Shown here in pieces: positions 28,616 through 39,023 of a stretch of DNA of 64,000 nt; the first letter of the stretch is position 1; each line of letters starts with the position of its first letter. This DNA is from Bacillota bacterium (GTDB lineage: Bacteria > Bacillota > Bacilli > Paenibacillales > Paenibacillaceae). A model generated the notes under the pieces. That model was not told the DNA's origin, searched no databases, and saw nothing but the letters and a program-made list of their open reading frames with translations. The position numbers were made by a program, and so were the translations under genes. The stretch is taken from the NCBI GenBank assembly GCA_023433615.1, contig JAEZCJ010000120.1, positions 8,357-72,356 on the forward strand. The letters are read 5' to 3'.

Positions 28616-31600
28616 CTATTCAAGTTTTTGTCGATCGACGGCATGGTCGATTGCTTCGATCAGGCGGTTAATGGCCGAATCGAGCGCGCGCAGCAGCGCT
28701 TGCTCGCGCTCGGCGTTCATCGCGGCGCCGGCGATCGCGTGCTCCAGTTCGCCGGCCAGCCGATAGACGGTGCCTGCCGCCAGATTGCCGGCAGCGCCTC
28801 GCAGCGTATGGGCGAATCGCTTGGCGGCAGGACGATCGTCTTGGGCGAGCAGCTCGTCCAGGCGGGCTGCGGCGCCGGCGTATTCCCTGCGGAACGCGGC
28901 AAGCACCTGCAGCAGAATTTCCGCCTTGCCGTCCATCAAACGAAGCGCCTCATGCCAATCGAGCGCCTCTGCCTCCGCTTCATCTCCAGCCTCCGTCACC
29001 TCCGCCTCCGCATTTAAGCGGGGTTGGCGCGCTGCGGCCGCTTCTTCCCGGATCTGGCCGGCATCGCGCGGCGGCGCGAAAGCCGGCAGCCACTTGGCGA
29101 GCACGGCATACAGCCGTTCAGGCTGCAGCGGCTTCGTCATGACCTCGTTCATGCCGGCCTGCATGCAAGCCTCCTGCTGCGCCTTGGTCGTATCGGCCGT
29201 GAGGGCGATAATCGGCATTCCCGCGTAGCGCTGGTCGGCTCGAATGCGCCGCGTCGTCTCCATGCCGTCAATGACCGGCATATGGATGTCCATCAGGATA
29301 AGCCCGTATGTGCCGATCTCCAGCATGGTCAACGCTTCTCTGCCGTCGCCGGCCACGGTTACGGGGAAGCCTTCGGCTTCCAGCAGCGATCGCGTGACCA
29401 TCTGGTTCACGAGATTGTCCTCTACGACGAGCAATGCCGGTCGGCTCGGCTTCACGGGCGCAAGCTTTGCCTCGGAGGCCGCAGCTGTGACAACCGCGGT
29501 CGCCGAAGCGGTCGCCCGCAGGCGCTCCTGTTCGCGAAGCGACGAGAGCGCGTGACGAATGCCGTACCGGCTGACCGGCTTCGTCATGACAGCATTCGGC
29601 TGCCAATTCGCGGCAAGCTGATCGATGGCGATGCGGCCGTTGAGCGAGGTGTAGACGACCGTGCGAATGCCGCGCAGGTCGGCCTGCCGCTTCATGTGGA
29701 ACCATGTCTCCTCGCCGTACATATCCTCGGCTTCCATATCGAGCATGAGCACATCGATGCCCGGTTCCCGTTCAAGCGTCTCCGCGGCTTCCTTCCATGA
29801 TGCTGCCGGCATGACGCGTCCGACCAGACTGCCGAGCGTCTCCGTTAACTGGCCGCGCATCTCGGCATGATCCTCTGCGATGAGCACGGTCCAACCTCGC
29901 GCGGCGTCTGCCGCAAGATGCGCTTGCGCAGGTTCGGCGGCTGCGGCGTGAAGCTGCTCGCTGCCGTCCCCGAGCCCGAACGGCAGCGTGAACCGGAACA
30001 CGCTGCCGCGACCCATTCGGCTGGCAACCTCGATCGGGCTGCCCCCCATCCGTTCGACCAGACTGCTCGCGATGACGAGCCCGAGACCGGTTCCGCCGTA
30101 TTTACGAGAGGTGGAGCCGTCAATCTGTACGAATGGCTGGAACAGGCGGCGCGTCTGCTCCTCATTCATGCCGATGCCGGTATCCGTGACGGTGAACTGC
30201 AGACGGATCGAAGATGCCGTCCGTTCTTCGACGCCGACATCCAATCGCACGATGCCGTGATCGGTGAATTTGACTGCGTTGCTCATGAGATTGAGCAGCA
30301 CCTGGCCGAGCCGCGAAGGATCGCCGTGCAGCGAAGACGGAACGCCGGGATCGATGGCGATCAGCGCTTCGATGGGCTTATACCCCAGCAGCACGCTTAC
30401 CGTCCCGCACATGCCATGCACGGTTTCCTCCAGCGCGAACGGGACAACGTCGATGTTCAGCTTATCCGCTTCGATTTTGGAGAAATCGAGAATGTCGTTC
30501 ACGATCTGCAGAAGCGCATGCGAGGAGCTCTGAATCTTGTGCATGTAATCCTGCTGCACGACCGTCATGGACGTGCGGTTCATGAGGTGGGACAAGCCGA
30601 TGATGCCGTTGAGCGGTGTCCGAATTTCATGGCTCATGCGGGCGAGGAACATGCTCTTCGCTTGGCTTGCTTCCTTCATCTCTTGCTGCGCGCGCATCCA
30701 TTCCGTAATGTCTCGCGAGATCGCGGAGAAGAACAGCTCGCCGCCGTCTTCGGCGGCGTGGGCAACGATCGTCTGGGACACGACCGCTTTGCCGCCGCCC
30801 GGCAGCATCACCGTTGTCTCGTATTCCGCATACCCGTGACGCTTCGCTTCCGCGATAGCCTCTCCGAAGCGGACGGCGCCGCTGGTCGTAAGATACCGCT
30901 TGAAGTTCCGGGGGCCATCCCCGGTTCCGCGCCCGCCGAACAGATGATGACCGGCTTCGTTCATGTAGAAAATATTCCCGTGCGTATCGAAGGTAACGAT
31001 GCAGTCATGCGCCGATTCGACAATGCTGAGCAGCCGATTCCGCATGCGGACCGTCTCCTTGAAGGCAGTCATATCCCTCGCGACGATGACCCAGCCCTTC
31101 GATGCGCCGCTCGGGTGCATCATCGCGGATATGTTCGCTTCGACCGGAATCCTCGTTCCGGATCGCGCGATCCATACCCATTCCGAATCGTCCGATGCTT
31201 GGCCGCTCCCGTCCATATGCCGGAAGAAGCGAGGGTCATCGCCATGATCGAGCCATAGCGCAGGCGTCTCGAGGCCGATCAGCTCCTCCGCGCGATAACC
31301 GAGCATCTCTTCGGCGCGGCCGTTGAACATCGTGATCCGGTAATCGGCATCCGTGACGATCATGGCATATTGATTGCGCCCGATGAACGCCTCGAACGGC
31401 TCGAACAGGCCGCGCAGGCTGCGCGTCATCTCGTTGACGGAGACCGCTAAGGAGGCGATCTCGTCCTGATTATGCGGTTCGATCGGCGCGATGGAGAAAT
31501 TGCCGCGTGCCACCTTGTCGGTCACGTTCGCAATTTGGCGGATGCGCCGAATGACCGTGCGGTCCAGTAAGGTGTAGATGAGCAGGAATAGCACCAGCTC

Positions 31601-32470
31601 GGTGACGACGATGACGCCAAGCGTCATGCGCAAGAGCGATTGCTGAGGGGCATAGTAGGCTTCCTTGCCGAAAGCCAAGGCGAGTATCCAGTTGCTGCTG
31701 GGCACTTTCGTGTAGAATACCTTGACGGGATCGTCGATGACCAAGTCGACGATCCCGCTCTCTCGATGCAGACTTGCCTCGAGCTTGGTCTGCTCGGAAG
31801 GATAGTCCCGCAGGAAGTTGCGCTTCAGAATCACGTTCGGATTGCGATTGTACAGGATGTCCAGCCGGCTGTTGACGAGGTTAACGCGGCGGTCCTCGCC
31901 GATGCCGTTGTCCGTCTGCAGATAGGTGCGGAACAGCCGGGTCGCGTCGACCGTCAGGTAGATGATCTGCCTGACGCCGCCCCGCTCATCCAATACGGGT
32001 GCAAGAATCGGCAGCGCGTAGCTGCCGTCGGAAGCGAAGTAGGGGTCTTCGACGCTGCTTCGTCCGTTCTTGGCAAGCGCGAATCCGGAGGTGTCTCCGA
32101 TATTCATCCAGCCGCCGTTCGACAGCGCAAGCTTGCCTTCCAGGTTCGCGATGCCGACATGCAGGAAATAGCTGTCGACATCGAGCGAGAGCTCCTCGGA
32201 TAAATAGGCTAATTGTTGTTCCAGCGTCCCTTGGCGCATCCGTTCGGTCCGGCTGACGATCTTCAGTTCGGCCAAGCGGAGCAGCAGGAACGCCGATAGA
32301 TTGTTGGCGGTATCGGCAACGGTAGCGAGCGTATTCTGCTCGAGCTGGCGGTTCAGCTTCTGCTTCGACATCGTGTAGTTGGCTAGGCCTGCCGTGCATA
32401 ACGCGATGGTCGTGGTCACGAACAGCAGGGTGGCGAGCTTGACGCGAATGGATCGTAGCATGTGGATCAT
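28616..32470 (-). CDS. Membrane hybrid sensor histidine kinase: Cache-like sensor, HAMP, 2 PAS, HisKA, HATPase, REC, REC, HPt
   Basis: 1284 aa. Two TM segments flank an about 250-aa extracytoplasmic domain. H-box [16 protein letters not shown]-box GTGLGLVI. Receivers VLIAEDH...DVLMLDM and LLVVEDN...LILMDIHMPVIDG. C-terminal HPt motif FAHTLRGAAGNL. Confidence 0.9.
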   Translation of the reverse strand: MIHMLRSIRVKLATLLFVTTTIALCTAGLANYTMSKQKLNRQLEQNTLATVADTANNLSAFLLLRLAELKIVSRTERMRQGTLEQQLAYLSEELSLDVDSYFLHVGIANLEGKLALSNGGWMNIGDTSGFALAKNGRSSVEDPYFASDGSYALPILAPVLDERGGVRQIIYLTVDATRLFRTYLQTDNGIGEDRRVNLVNSRLDILYNRNPNVILKRNFLRDYPSEQTKLEASLHRESGIVDLVIDDPVKVFYTKVPSSNWILALAFGKEAYYAPQQSLLRMTLGVIVVTELVLFLLIYTLLDRTVIRRIRQIANVTDKVARGNFSIAPIEPHNQDEIASLAVSVNEMTRSLRGLFEPFEAFIGRNQYAMIVTDADYRITMFNGRAEEMLGYRAEELIGLETPALWLDHGDDPRFFRHMDGSGQASDDSEWVWIARSGTRIPVEANISAMMHPSGASKGWVIVARDMTAFKETVRMRNRLLSIVESAHDCIVTFDTHGNIFYMNEAGHHLFGGRGTGDGPRNFKRYLTTSGAVRFGEAIAEAKRHGYAEYETTVMLPGGGKAVVSQTIVAHAAEDGGELFFSAISRDITEWMRAQQEMKEASQAKSMFLARMSHEIRTPLNGIIGLSHLMNRTSMTVVQQDYMHKIQSSSHALLQIVNDILDFSKIEADKLNIDVVPFALEETVHGMCGTVSVLLGYKPIEALIAIDPGVPSSLHGDPSRLGQVLLNLMSNAVKFTDHGIVRLDVGVEERTASSIRLQFTVTDTGIGMNEEQTRRLFQPFVQIDGSTSRKYGGTGLGLVIASSLVERMGGSPIEVASRMGRGSVFRFTLPFGLGDGSEQLHAAAAEPAQAHLAADAARGWTVLIAEDHAEMRGQLTETLGSLVGRVMPAASWKEAAETLEREPGIDVLMLDMEAEDMYGEETWFHMKRQADLRGIRTVVYTSLNGRIAIDQLAANWQPNAVMTKPVSRYGIRHALSSLREQERLRATASATAVVTAAASEAKLAPVKPSRPALLVVEDNLVNQMVTRSLLEAEGFPVTVAGDGREALTMLEIGTYGLILMDIHMPVIDGMETTRRIRADQRYAGMPIIALTADTTKAQQEACMQAGMNEVMTKPLQPERLYAVLAKWLPAFAPPRDAGQIREEAAAARQPRLNAEAEVTEAGDEAEAEALDWHEALRLMDGKAEILLQVLAAFRREYAGAAARLDELLAQDDRPAAKRFAHTLRGAAGNLAAGTVYRLAGELEHAIAGAAMNAEREQALLRALDSAINRLIEAIDHAVDRQKLE

Positions 32471-32677
32471 CCCATCCTTCTATTGGCTGCGAAGCTGGCA
32501 TTCTATCCCTATAATAGCCGAGAATGGTGGATTGCGACAGAGGACGACGTTATTCGCGAGCATGGGGGCAGCGACTGCGACTAAGGGTCGAATCTAGCGA
32601 TCGACACCTGTTGTTTCCTCCCCTACTATAGTAAAATGGTGGAAATCGAAGCGCGGTTGCCGCAGGGGGTTACCATA

Positions 32678-35134
32678 GTGGGACAGTCTGAATATGAGCG
32701 TGAATCCGTGTCCGTCCTGAAGGACATCCTGCCTGCAGAGCGCGGGACTGAAGCGGATCATGCCGCTTATCGCAAGCTGCTGGAAGCGGAGAGGCTGCTT
32801 CGCGTGATCGGCGAGTATGCGCAGGATGTCATCACGTACAGCACGACTGACGGCCGATGCAGCTATGTCTCTGCATCGGCTTACCGGGCGCTAGGCTATA
32901 CGCCCGACGAATTGATCGCGATGGGAAGAGATATCCGGGAGCTGTTCGATATCCCGCCGAACGTGCTCGCGGGAACGTTAGATAGGGGTATGGTGTTCGA
33001 ATCCCGCATTAGGCATAAGGACGGGACCTTCCGCTGGTTCGAGACGACCGTGAACAAGGTCGCTGCCGAGGAAATCGAGGCTGGAGCCGAGGAGATGCTG
33101 CTGTCGATCGGACGGGACATCACCGAACGGAAACGGATGGAAGAGCGGCTGCGGGAAAGCGAGCGGCGGTATAAATCCCTATTCGATTATAACCCGTCCA
33201 GCATCTACGCCTTCGATTCGGATGGCGGTCTGGCCTCCTTCAACATGCAGCTTGTGGAGCTGACCGGCTATGCAAGCGAAGAGCTGCAGCAGATTCCGTT
33301 CCGCGAGCTGATCCATGAGGACGACCGCCAGCGGGCCGAACAGATGCTGGCCGTCACGATGAGCGGGATTCCGGTGCGGTTCGAGGCCAGGATGGTTCGC
33401 AAGGACGGCGTCGAAGTTGCTTGCGGGGTGACGAATGTTCCGATCGTCGTGGACGGTCAGGTCGTCGGAGCTTACGGAATTGCGAGCGATATTCGCGAAC
33501 GCAAGCAGTACATTGAGCAGATCGAACGGCTGAGCTATCGGCATAGCCTTATCTTAGGCGCAATCACGGAAGGTCTCTTCATGCTCGACCAAGAAGGCCG
33601 GGCGATCTTCCTCAATCCCGCTGCTGAGCGAATGCTCGGCTACGAGCTGGAGGAATTCGTCGGCCGCTGCAGCCATGATGTCATCCATCATACGCGGGCA
33701 GACGGCACGCCGTATACGCGCGAATCGAATCCGATCGCCCGGACGATCGAGGACGGCCTGGCGCGCTCCATGAACGATGAAGTGTTCTGGAGGAAGGACG
33801 GCACGAGCTTCCTGGTGGAGTATCGCGTCAATCCGATCATCGATGACGGGCGAATCGTCGGAGCGGTCGTCGTGTTCAACGACGTGACCGGGGAGCGCGA
33901 AATTCGCGCGGCGAAGGAGAATGCCGAACGGGCGGACCGCGCGAAGTCCGAATTCCTCGCGATGATGAGCCACGAGATCCGCACGCCGATGAACGGCATT
34001 CTGGGCATGACCGATCTGCTGCTCGAGACCGGTCTGACCGAGGAGCAGCAGGAATACGCGGAGATTATCCACTCGAGCGGCGAGACGCTGCTGCGCATCT
34101 TGAACGATATTCTCGATTTCAGCAAGATCGAAGCCGGCAAGCTTGTCTTGGAGGACGAACTGTTCGATCTGGCGGGCACGATCGCGATGACGATCGATCT
34201 GTTCAAGCCAAAGGCGGAGCAGAAAGGGCTGGAGCTGCTATGCAACGTCGCTCCCGATGTACCCGGAGCGGTCGTCGGGGATGCAACCCGATTCCGTCAA
34301 GTGCTCACGAATCTCGTCGGCAACGCGATCAAGTTCACCGAGCAGGGAAGCGTGACCGTATCGGTCGATGTCCGGCAGGGAGCCGGCGGCGAGGCAGGCA
34401 AGCTTCTTCGCGTCACGGTGAGGGATACCGGCATCGGCATACCGGCCGATAAGCTTCAGCATCTGTTCCAATCGTTCTCGCAGCTGCATCCGGCACTCAG
34501 CCGCACTTACGGGGGCACGGGGCTCGGCCTAGCCATCACCAAGCGTCTCGTCGAGCTGATGGGCGGCGTCATCGCCGTCGACAGCGTCGAAGGGAAGGGT
34601 TCGGTATTCGCATTCGAGATGGAACTGCACGGCGAGATCTGTTCGACGGCCGGCGATCACGAAGCGGATGCCGAACTGCGGGCGAACCGGGCGGCTAGGC
34701 CGCCTGCATGGCAACCCCATGCGCGATGCGCATCGACGGATTCCAGGTGCCTGCGCATTCTGCTCGCGGAAGACCATCCGGTGAACCAGCAGCTCTTCCT
34801 GCGGGTATTGGACCGGCTCGGATACGCGGCAGACGTCGTGCAGAACGGCGTCGAAGCGGTGGAGATGATTCTGAAGCAGCCTTATGACCTCGTCTTCATG
34901 GACATCCAGATGCCTGTGATGGACGGGATTAAGGCGACCGGGCTCATCAGGCAATTGCTGCCGGAGACGAAGCTTCCAGTCATCGTCGCCCTGACGGCTC
35001 ACGCGCGCAAGGAAGACCGGGATATGTGCCTGACGGCAGGCATGGACGACTACGTCAGCAAGCCGATCCAGATGGACGAGGTCCGCCGCGTGTTTGACCG
35101 CTGGCGGGACGGGAAGGGGAAGGCGCAGTCGTGA
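32678..35134 (+). CDS. Soluble hybrid sensor histidine kinase: multiple PAS, HisKA, HATPase, REC (no HPt)
   Basis: No TM segment and at least three PAS-like repeats ([25 protein letters not shown] and [10 protein letters not shown] linkers). H-box [16 protein letters not shown]-box GTGLGLAI, receiver ILLAEDH...[16 protein letters not shown] 32678 lies 8 nt after GCAGGGGG. The ORF opens at ATG 32636 without an RBS. Confidence 0.85.
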   Translation: MGQSEYERESVSVLKDILPAERGTEADHAAYRKLLEAERLLRVIGEYAQDVITYSTTDGRCSYVSASAYRALGYTPDELIAMGRDIRELFDIPPNVLAGTLDRGMVFESRIRHKDGTFRWFETTVNKVAAEEIEAGAEEMLLSIGRDITERKRMEERLRESERRYKSLFDYNPSSIYAFDSDGGLASFNMQLVELTGYASEELQQIPFRELIHEDDRQRAEQMLAVTMSGIPVRFEARMVRKDGVEVACGVTNVPIVVDGQVVGAYGIASDIRERKQYIEQIERLSYRHSLILGAITEGLFMLDQEGRAIFLNPAAERMLGYELEEFVGRCSHDVIHHTRADGTPYTRESNPIARTIEDGLARSMNDEVFWRKDGTSFLVEYRVNPIIDDGRIVGAVVVFNDVTGEREIRAAKENAERADRAKSEFLAMMSHEIRTPMNGILGMTDLLLETGLTEEQQEYAEIIHSSGETLLRILNDILDFSKIEAGKLVLEDELFDLAGTIAMTIDLFKPKAEQKGLELLCNVAPDVPGAVVGDATRFRQVLTNLVGNAIKFTEQGSVTVSVDVRQGAGGEAGKLLRVTVRDTGIGIPADKLQHLFQSFSQLHPALSRTYGGTGLGLAITKRLVELMGGVIAVDSVEGKGSVFAFEMELHGEICSTAGDHEADAELRANRAARPPAWQPHARCASTDSRCLRILLAEDHPVNQQLFLRVLDRLGYAADVVQNGVEAVEMILKQPYDLVFMDIQMPVMDGIKATGLIRQLLPETKLPVIVALTAHARKEDRDMCLTAGMDDYVSKPIQMDEVRRVFDRWRDGKGKAQS

Positions 35135-35234
35135 CCGCGCGAGTTGTCAATGAATTTACCAGTTGCATGCTTCGGACAACCATGAGATTCTAATCTACGA
35201 CAAGGTACAGACATGAAGAAGGGCAGAAAAGCGA

Positions 35235-36458
35235 ATGGGACATCCGAAGTACTACTTCCAGCACCTAAAGGCGCAATTGGGACCGCAGGCTTGGCATAAT
35301 TTTCGAGTCGATGCAGCGGCATCGCTATTGTTCAGCTTATTCAACGCCGTATTCAATCAATTCTACATCCCGATGGCCATCCAGCAAGGCGCGAACAACA
35401 TGCAAGTCGGCGTGCTCGCCGCAGCTCCTGCCATCGGGCTGCTCCTGTCGCCGTTGTGGGCGTCGTTCATCGAACGGAACGGACCGCGGCGCTACATGAT
35501 CTATCCGAACTTGATCGGCCGAGCGCTCATCATCCTGCCGGCCTTCTTCGGCGTTCCGCTCGTCTATGTAGCCGTTGCGCTGCTCTTCCAGCTCATGATG
35601 GGGATGCAGGCGCCTGCCTACGCGTCGATGGTGACGCGCATGTATCCCCCGCAGCATCGCGGCAAGCTGATGGCCAACGTGCGCATCGGCATGGTCGTGC
35701 TCATGATCCCGCTGGCGTATCTGGTCGGGTATTGGACGGATGCGGCAGGCCCCGGCGGACCGCTAGCCGCGGCCGCGGTCATGGGAGTCCTCTCGATCCT
35801 GGTCTTCACGCGGGTGAAGGAATCGGAGCCGCAGCCGACTGCCGCGGCCGTTCGGAAGCGAGGCAGCTTCCGCGAGCAGTGGAGTCTCGTGAAGCAGAAC
35901 CGCGAGCTGGGAATCTTTCTGGCGGCAACGACGTTCACGGGTTTCTGCAATATTATGGCGGGACCGCTCTATCAGATCATCCAGGTCGAACGGCTCGAAT
36001 TGTCGAACGTGGAGATCGGATATGCGCGTATGACGTATTTTGCATGCCTGCTGGTCGCGTACTTCGTAGTTGGCCGGGCGATCGACCGCATCTCTGCGAA
36101 AAGCACGATCATCTACGGACTCCTCGCGTTCGCGGCGGTACCGACGTTATACGGGTTGTTCGGCAATTATCCGTCGGTTCTGATCGGCAGCGGCATCCAA
36201 GGAATCGGGGACGCGATCTGGGATATCGGCATCCTGGCTTATGTATTCCGCCTTGCCCCGGGCAGGGAGGCCGTCGTGTTCGGCCTGCATATGCTGCTGT
36301 TCGGCATCCGGGGGACGATCGGTCCGCTGCTCTCGACCGCGCTGGCCGGCTACGGGCTGCCGTTGTCGTGGCTGCTGCTCGGCGCGGCGCTGTTCGGCTG
36401 GATCGGCTGCGCGCTGTTCATCGCCATGGGCAGGCGGGGGCAGCGGCAGGCCGCATGA
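35235..36458 (+). CDS. MFS transporter
   Basis: 407 aa with about 12 hydrophobic segments. It has a loop 2-3-like motif and a central cytoplasmic loop (KESEPQPTAAAVRKRGSFREQW). Confidence 0.85.
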   Translation: MGHPKYYFQHLKAQLGPQAWHNFRVDAAASLLFSLFNAVFNQFYIPMAIQQGANNMQVGVLAAAPAIGLLLSPLWASFIERNGPRRYMIYPNLIGRALIILPAFFGVPLVYVAVALLFQLMMGMQAPAYASMVTRMYPPQHRGKLMANVRIGMVVLMIPLAYLVGYWTDAAGPGGPLAAAAVMGVLSILVFTRVKESEPQPTAAAVRKRGSFREQWSLVKQNRELGIFLAATTFTGFCNIMAGPLYQIIQVERLELSNVEIGYARMTYFACLLVAYFVVGRAIDRISAKSTIIYGLLAFAAVPTLYGLFGNYPSVLIGSGIQGIGDAIWDIGILAYVFRLAPGREAVVFGLHMLLFGIRGTIGPLLSTALAGYGLPLSWLLLGAALFGWIGCALFIAMGRRGQRQAA

Positions 36459-36475
36459 GGACAAGGGAGTAAGGC

Positions 36476-36516
36476 AAGAAGGGCGGTGCCATCGTAGGCA
36501 TCGCCCTTTCTTTTCG
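36476..36516. terminator. Terminator between the convergent MFS and yhbH genes
   Basis: AAGAAGGGCG (36476-36485) pairs with CGCCCTTTCTT (36502-36512), with inner GTGCC/GGCAT pairing, then TTTT. Confidence 0.7.
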
Positions 36517-36525
36517 CCATTAAAT

Positions 36526-37683
36526 CTAATTCGCTGCAGCAATGTCGCGCTTGTGGAAGAACGATTTGAGCGCATGGTAGACCTCGCCCTTCTCGCGGAT
36601 GACGTAATAGAGAAACGTCGGGAACGAAATGTTCTTGTAGGCCGACATGAGCGTACTGGAGCGGTTGTACTGGTTCACCTCGCCGTAGCCGAACATGTTC
36701 GACCGCTTGAGCAGCTCGCCGATCAACTTCACGCAGCGCTCGTTATCGCTCGTCAAGTTGTCGCCGTCGGAGAAGTGGAACGGATAAATATTGTACATAT
36801 TCGGCGGGAAGCGGGAGTCGATGACCTCAAGCGCCTTGAGGTAGGCGGAGGAGCAGATGGTGCCGCCGCTCTCGCCCCGATTGAAAAATTCGTCCTCGGT
36901 CACGACCTTGGCTTCCGTATGATGCGCGATGAACACGATCTCGACTTTCTCGTACTGCGCGCGCAAGAACCTCGTCATCCAGAAGAAGAAGCTGCGCGCC
37001 ACGTATTTTTCGAACGAGCCCATCGAACCGGACGTATCCATCATGGCCAGAATGACCGCGCTCGAGCTCGGCTTGATGATCTCCTCCCATGTCTTGTAAC
37101 GCAGATCGTCCGGGGAGATCCCGTGGATGCCTGGCGCGCCGACGGTGGCATTGCGCTTCAGGTTCTCCAGGATGGTGCGCTTCTTATCGATGTTGGACAT
37201 GATGCCTTTCTTGCGTATATCGTTGAAGCGGATTTCCTGCGTCTCGAGCATATCCTTATCCTTCGGCTTCAAGAACGGCAGCTCGAGCTCCGCGAACAGC
37301 ATTGTCTCCAGCTCCTCCAGACTGATTTCCGCCTCGATGACGTCATCGCCGGGCTTATCGCCGGCACCCTCTCCCTTGCCGCCCTTCTGCGCGTTCGGAT
37401 CGACGCCGAGCACGTCGCCGACTTGGCTGTCGCCGTCCCCTTGGCCGACATGCTTGCTCTTGTTGTGATTGTACACGAACCGGTATTCGTCAAGACTGCG
37501 GATCGGCACCTTAATGATCTGCTTGCCGTCCGACATGACGATATTCTCCTCGGAGACGAGATCCGGCAAGTTCTGTTTGACGGCTTCGCGAACCTTCTGT
37601 TGGTGCCTGGCTTGGTCTTGGTAGCCCTTCCTGTGGAGCGACCAGTCTTCGCGGGATACGATGAATAACGGTTGACCTTCCAT
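36526..37683 (-). CDS. yhbH: Sporulation protein YhbH (DUF444)
   Basis: [63 protein letters not shown] matches B. subtilis YhbH closely. ATG 37683 lies 9 nt after GGAGGTG. The ORF opens at GTG 37695. Confidence 0.9.
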   Translation of the reverse strand: MEGQPLFIVSREDWSLHRKGYQDQARHQQKVREAVKQNLPDLVSEENIVMSDGKQIIKVPIRSLDEYRFVYNHNKSKHVGQGDGDSQVGDVLGVDPNAQKGGKGEGAGDKPGDDVIEAEISLEELETMLFAELELPFLKPKDKDMLETQEIRFNDIRKKGIMSNIDKKRTILENLKRNATVGAPGIHGISPDDLRYKTWEEIIKPSSSAVILAMMDTSGSMGSFEKYVARSFFFWMTRFLRAQYEKVEIVFIAHHTEAKVVTEDEFFNRGESGGTICSSAYLKALEVIDSRFPPNMYNIYPFHFSDGDNLTSDNERCVKLIGELLKRSNMFGYGEVNQYNRSSTLMSAYKNISFPTFLYYVIREKGEVYHALKSFFHKRDIAAAN

Positions 37684-37856
37684 ATGAACGTGCACCTCCC
37701 ACTGGTTAACTGCCGTTGTTATACAATATATTCAAGCCCGGGGCGGTTATGTGAGACAATATGCGCCCAAATCTAGCACTCGGGGATCGATTTGCGGCTG
37801 CATGCACCCATTCAGTATAGTAAGAGCAGGGAATCGTGAAGAATGGAGGCAAGCAC

Positions 37857-38384
37857 ATGGCGAGAATCGTCGCATTTCCGCCGTCGATCGATACGGGCTG
37901 CACGCGGCTCGTGCTCGGTTCGATGCCGGGCGAGGCTTCGCTGGAGGCGCAGCAGTATTACGCGCATCCGCGCAACAGCTTCTGGCCGATCGCGTACCGA
38001 GTGCTGAGCGAGGGGAAGCGAGTGCCGCCGGAGGCCTACGGGGAGAGGCTTCGCTTCTTGCTGGAGCATGGCGTCGCCTTGTGGGACGTGCTGCGCGCCT
38101 GCGAGCGGGAAGGCAGCCTGGATTCGGCCATCCGGGAGCCGGAGGCGAATGACTTCGACATGCTGTTCCGGCACTACCCGGGGATCGACACGGTCTATTG
38201 CAACGGAGGCAAGGCGTACGAGCTGTTCGCGAAGCGAGTGCTGCCGACGCTTACGGCAAGCCGGCCGCCGGCCTGCGTGAAGCTGCCTTCCACAAGTCCC
38301 GCGCATGCGGTTCCGTTCGAACGCAAGGCCGAAGCGTGGCTTGCGCTGCGGACAGGTTGGATCGCAACGGCGGGCGATCCGTAG
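37857..38384 (+). CDS. DNA-deoxyinosine (hypoxanthine) glycosylase-like, UDG superfamily family 6
   Basis: FPPSIDTGCTRLVLGSMPGEASLEAQQYYAHPRNSFWPI matches the HDG family signature as I recall it. ATG 37857 follows GGAGG. The ORF opens at 37836. Confidence 0.75.
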   Translation: MARIVAFPPSIDTGCTRLVLGSMPGEASLEAQQYYAHPRNSFWPIAYRVLSEGKRVPPEAYGERLRFLLEHGVALWDVLRACEREGSLDSAIREPEANDFDMLFRHYPGIDTVYCNGGKAYELFAKRVLPTLTASRPPACVKLPSTSPAHAVPFERKAEAWLALRTGWIATAGDP

Positions 38385-38480
38385 CCGCATAGCAAAAAAC
38401 GCCCCGATCCTTACGCTAGTCGCGCATGGGATCGAGACGTCAGTCAGTTTGCCTGCCGACGTGGTGGACACGGCTCGCAG

Positions 38481-38963
38481 CTAGGCAGAAGCGCCTATCA
38501 GCAGTCCGATGACGAACAGTCCCAGGAAACCGACGAGCAGCAGCGCGTTCAAGACGACGCCGATGATGCCGAATACCTTCCGCCGGTTCTTCGCGACGAG
38601 TCCGATGATGCCGAGGATTAAGCCGACAAAGCTGATCCCGAGCGCACCGAGAACGGCGAGAACGCCGCCAATCATCGACGTGCCGACCTCCATCGGGTCG
38701 ATCGTATTCGGATCGATCGTCCCGTCGGGCGAGATATAGTCTCCCAGCGCGGCTACGGTCGCCGCGAAACCGATGATCATGACGACGATGCTGACGATTC
38801 CGATCACGAAGGAAGCGATGCCGAGTCCGGATTGGCGTACGGGAGCGGCTGCCGGCTCCTCGCCGAATACGGGCGGATATGGCGTCATCCCTTGCGGCTG
38901 CGAGCGGTAAGGCTGCCGGCCCTGTTGTTCTTCTTGCTGCGGAGGCTGATTGTGTTGATCCAT
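38481..38963 (-). CDS. DUF4190-like membrane protein with a Pro/Gln-rich N-terminus
   Basis: 160 aa. A low-complexity N-terminus (QPPQQEEQQGRQPYRSQPQGMTPYPP) is followed by hydrophobic segments (GIASFVIGIVSIVVMIIGF ... LLLVGFLGLFVIGLLIG). Confidence 0.7.
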   Translation of the reverse strand: MDQHNQPPQQEEQQGRQPYRSQPQGMTPYPPVFGEEPAAAPVRQSGLGIASFVIGIVSIVVMIIGFAATVAALGDYISPDGTIDPNTIDPMEVGTSMIGGVLAVLGALGISFVGLILGIIGLVAKNRRKVFGIIGVVLNALLLVGFLGLFVIGLLIGASA

Positions 38964-39023
38964 GAATGTACGTTACCCCTTTACCTTTTTTGTCAATTAT
39001 AACCGAATGGGAGGGATGAGGAA

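Noticed and set aside
35213-35299. A 28-aa upstream ORF (MKKGRKANGTSEVLLPAPKGAIGTAGLA) that overlaps the MFS transporter start in another frame.
   Set aside because: Its RBS is weak and there is no supporting signal. It could be a leader peptide, but nothing in the sequence supports that.
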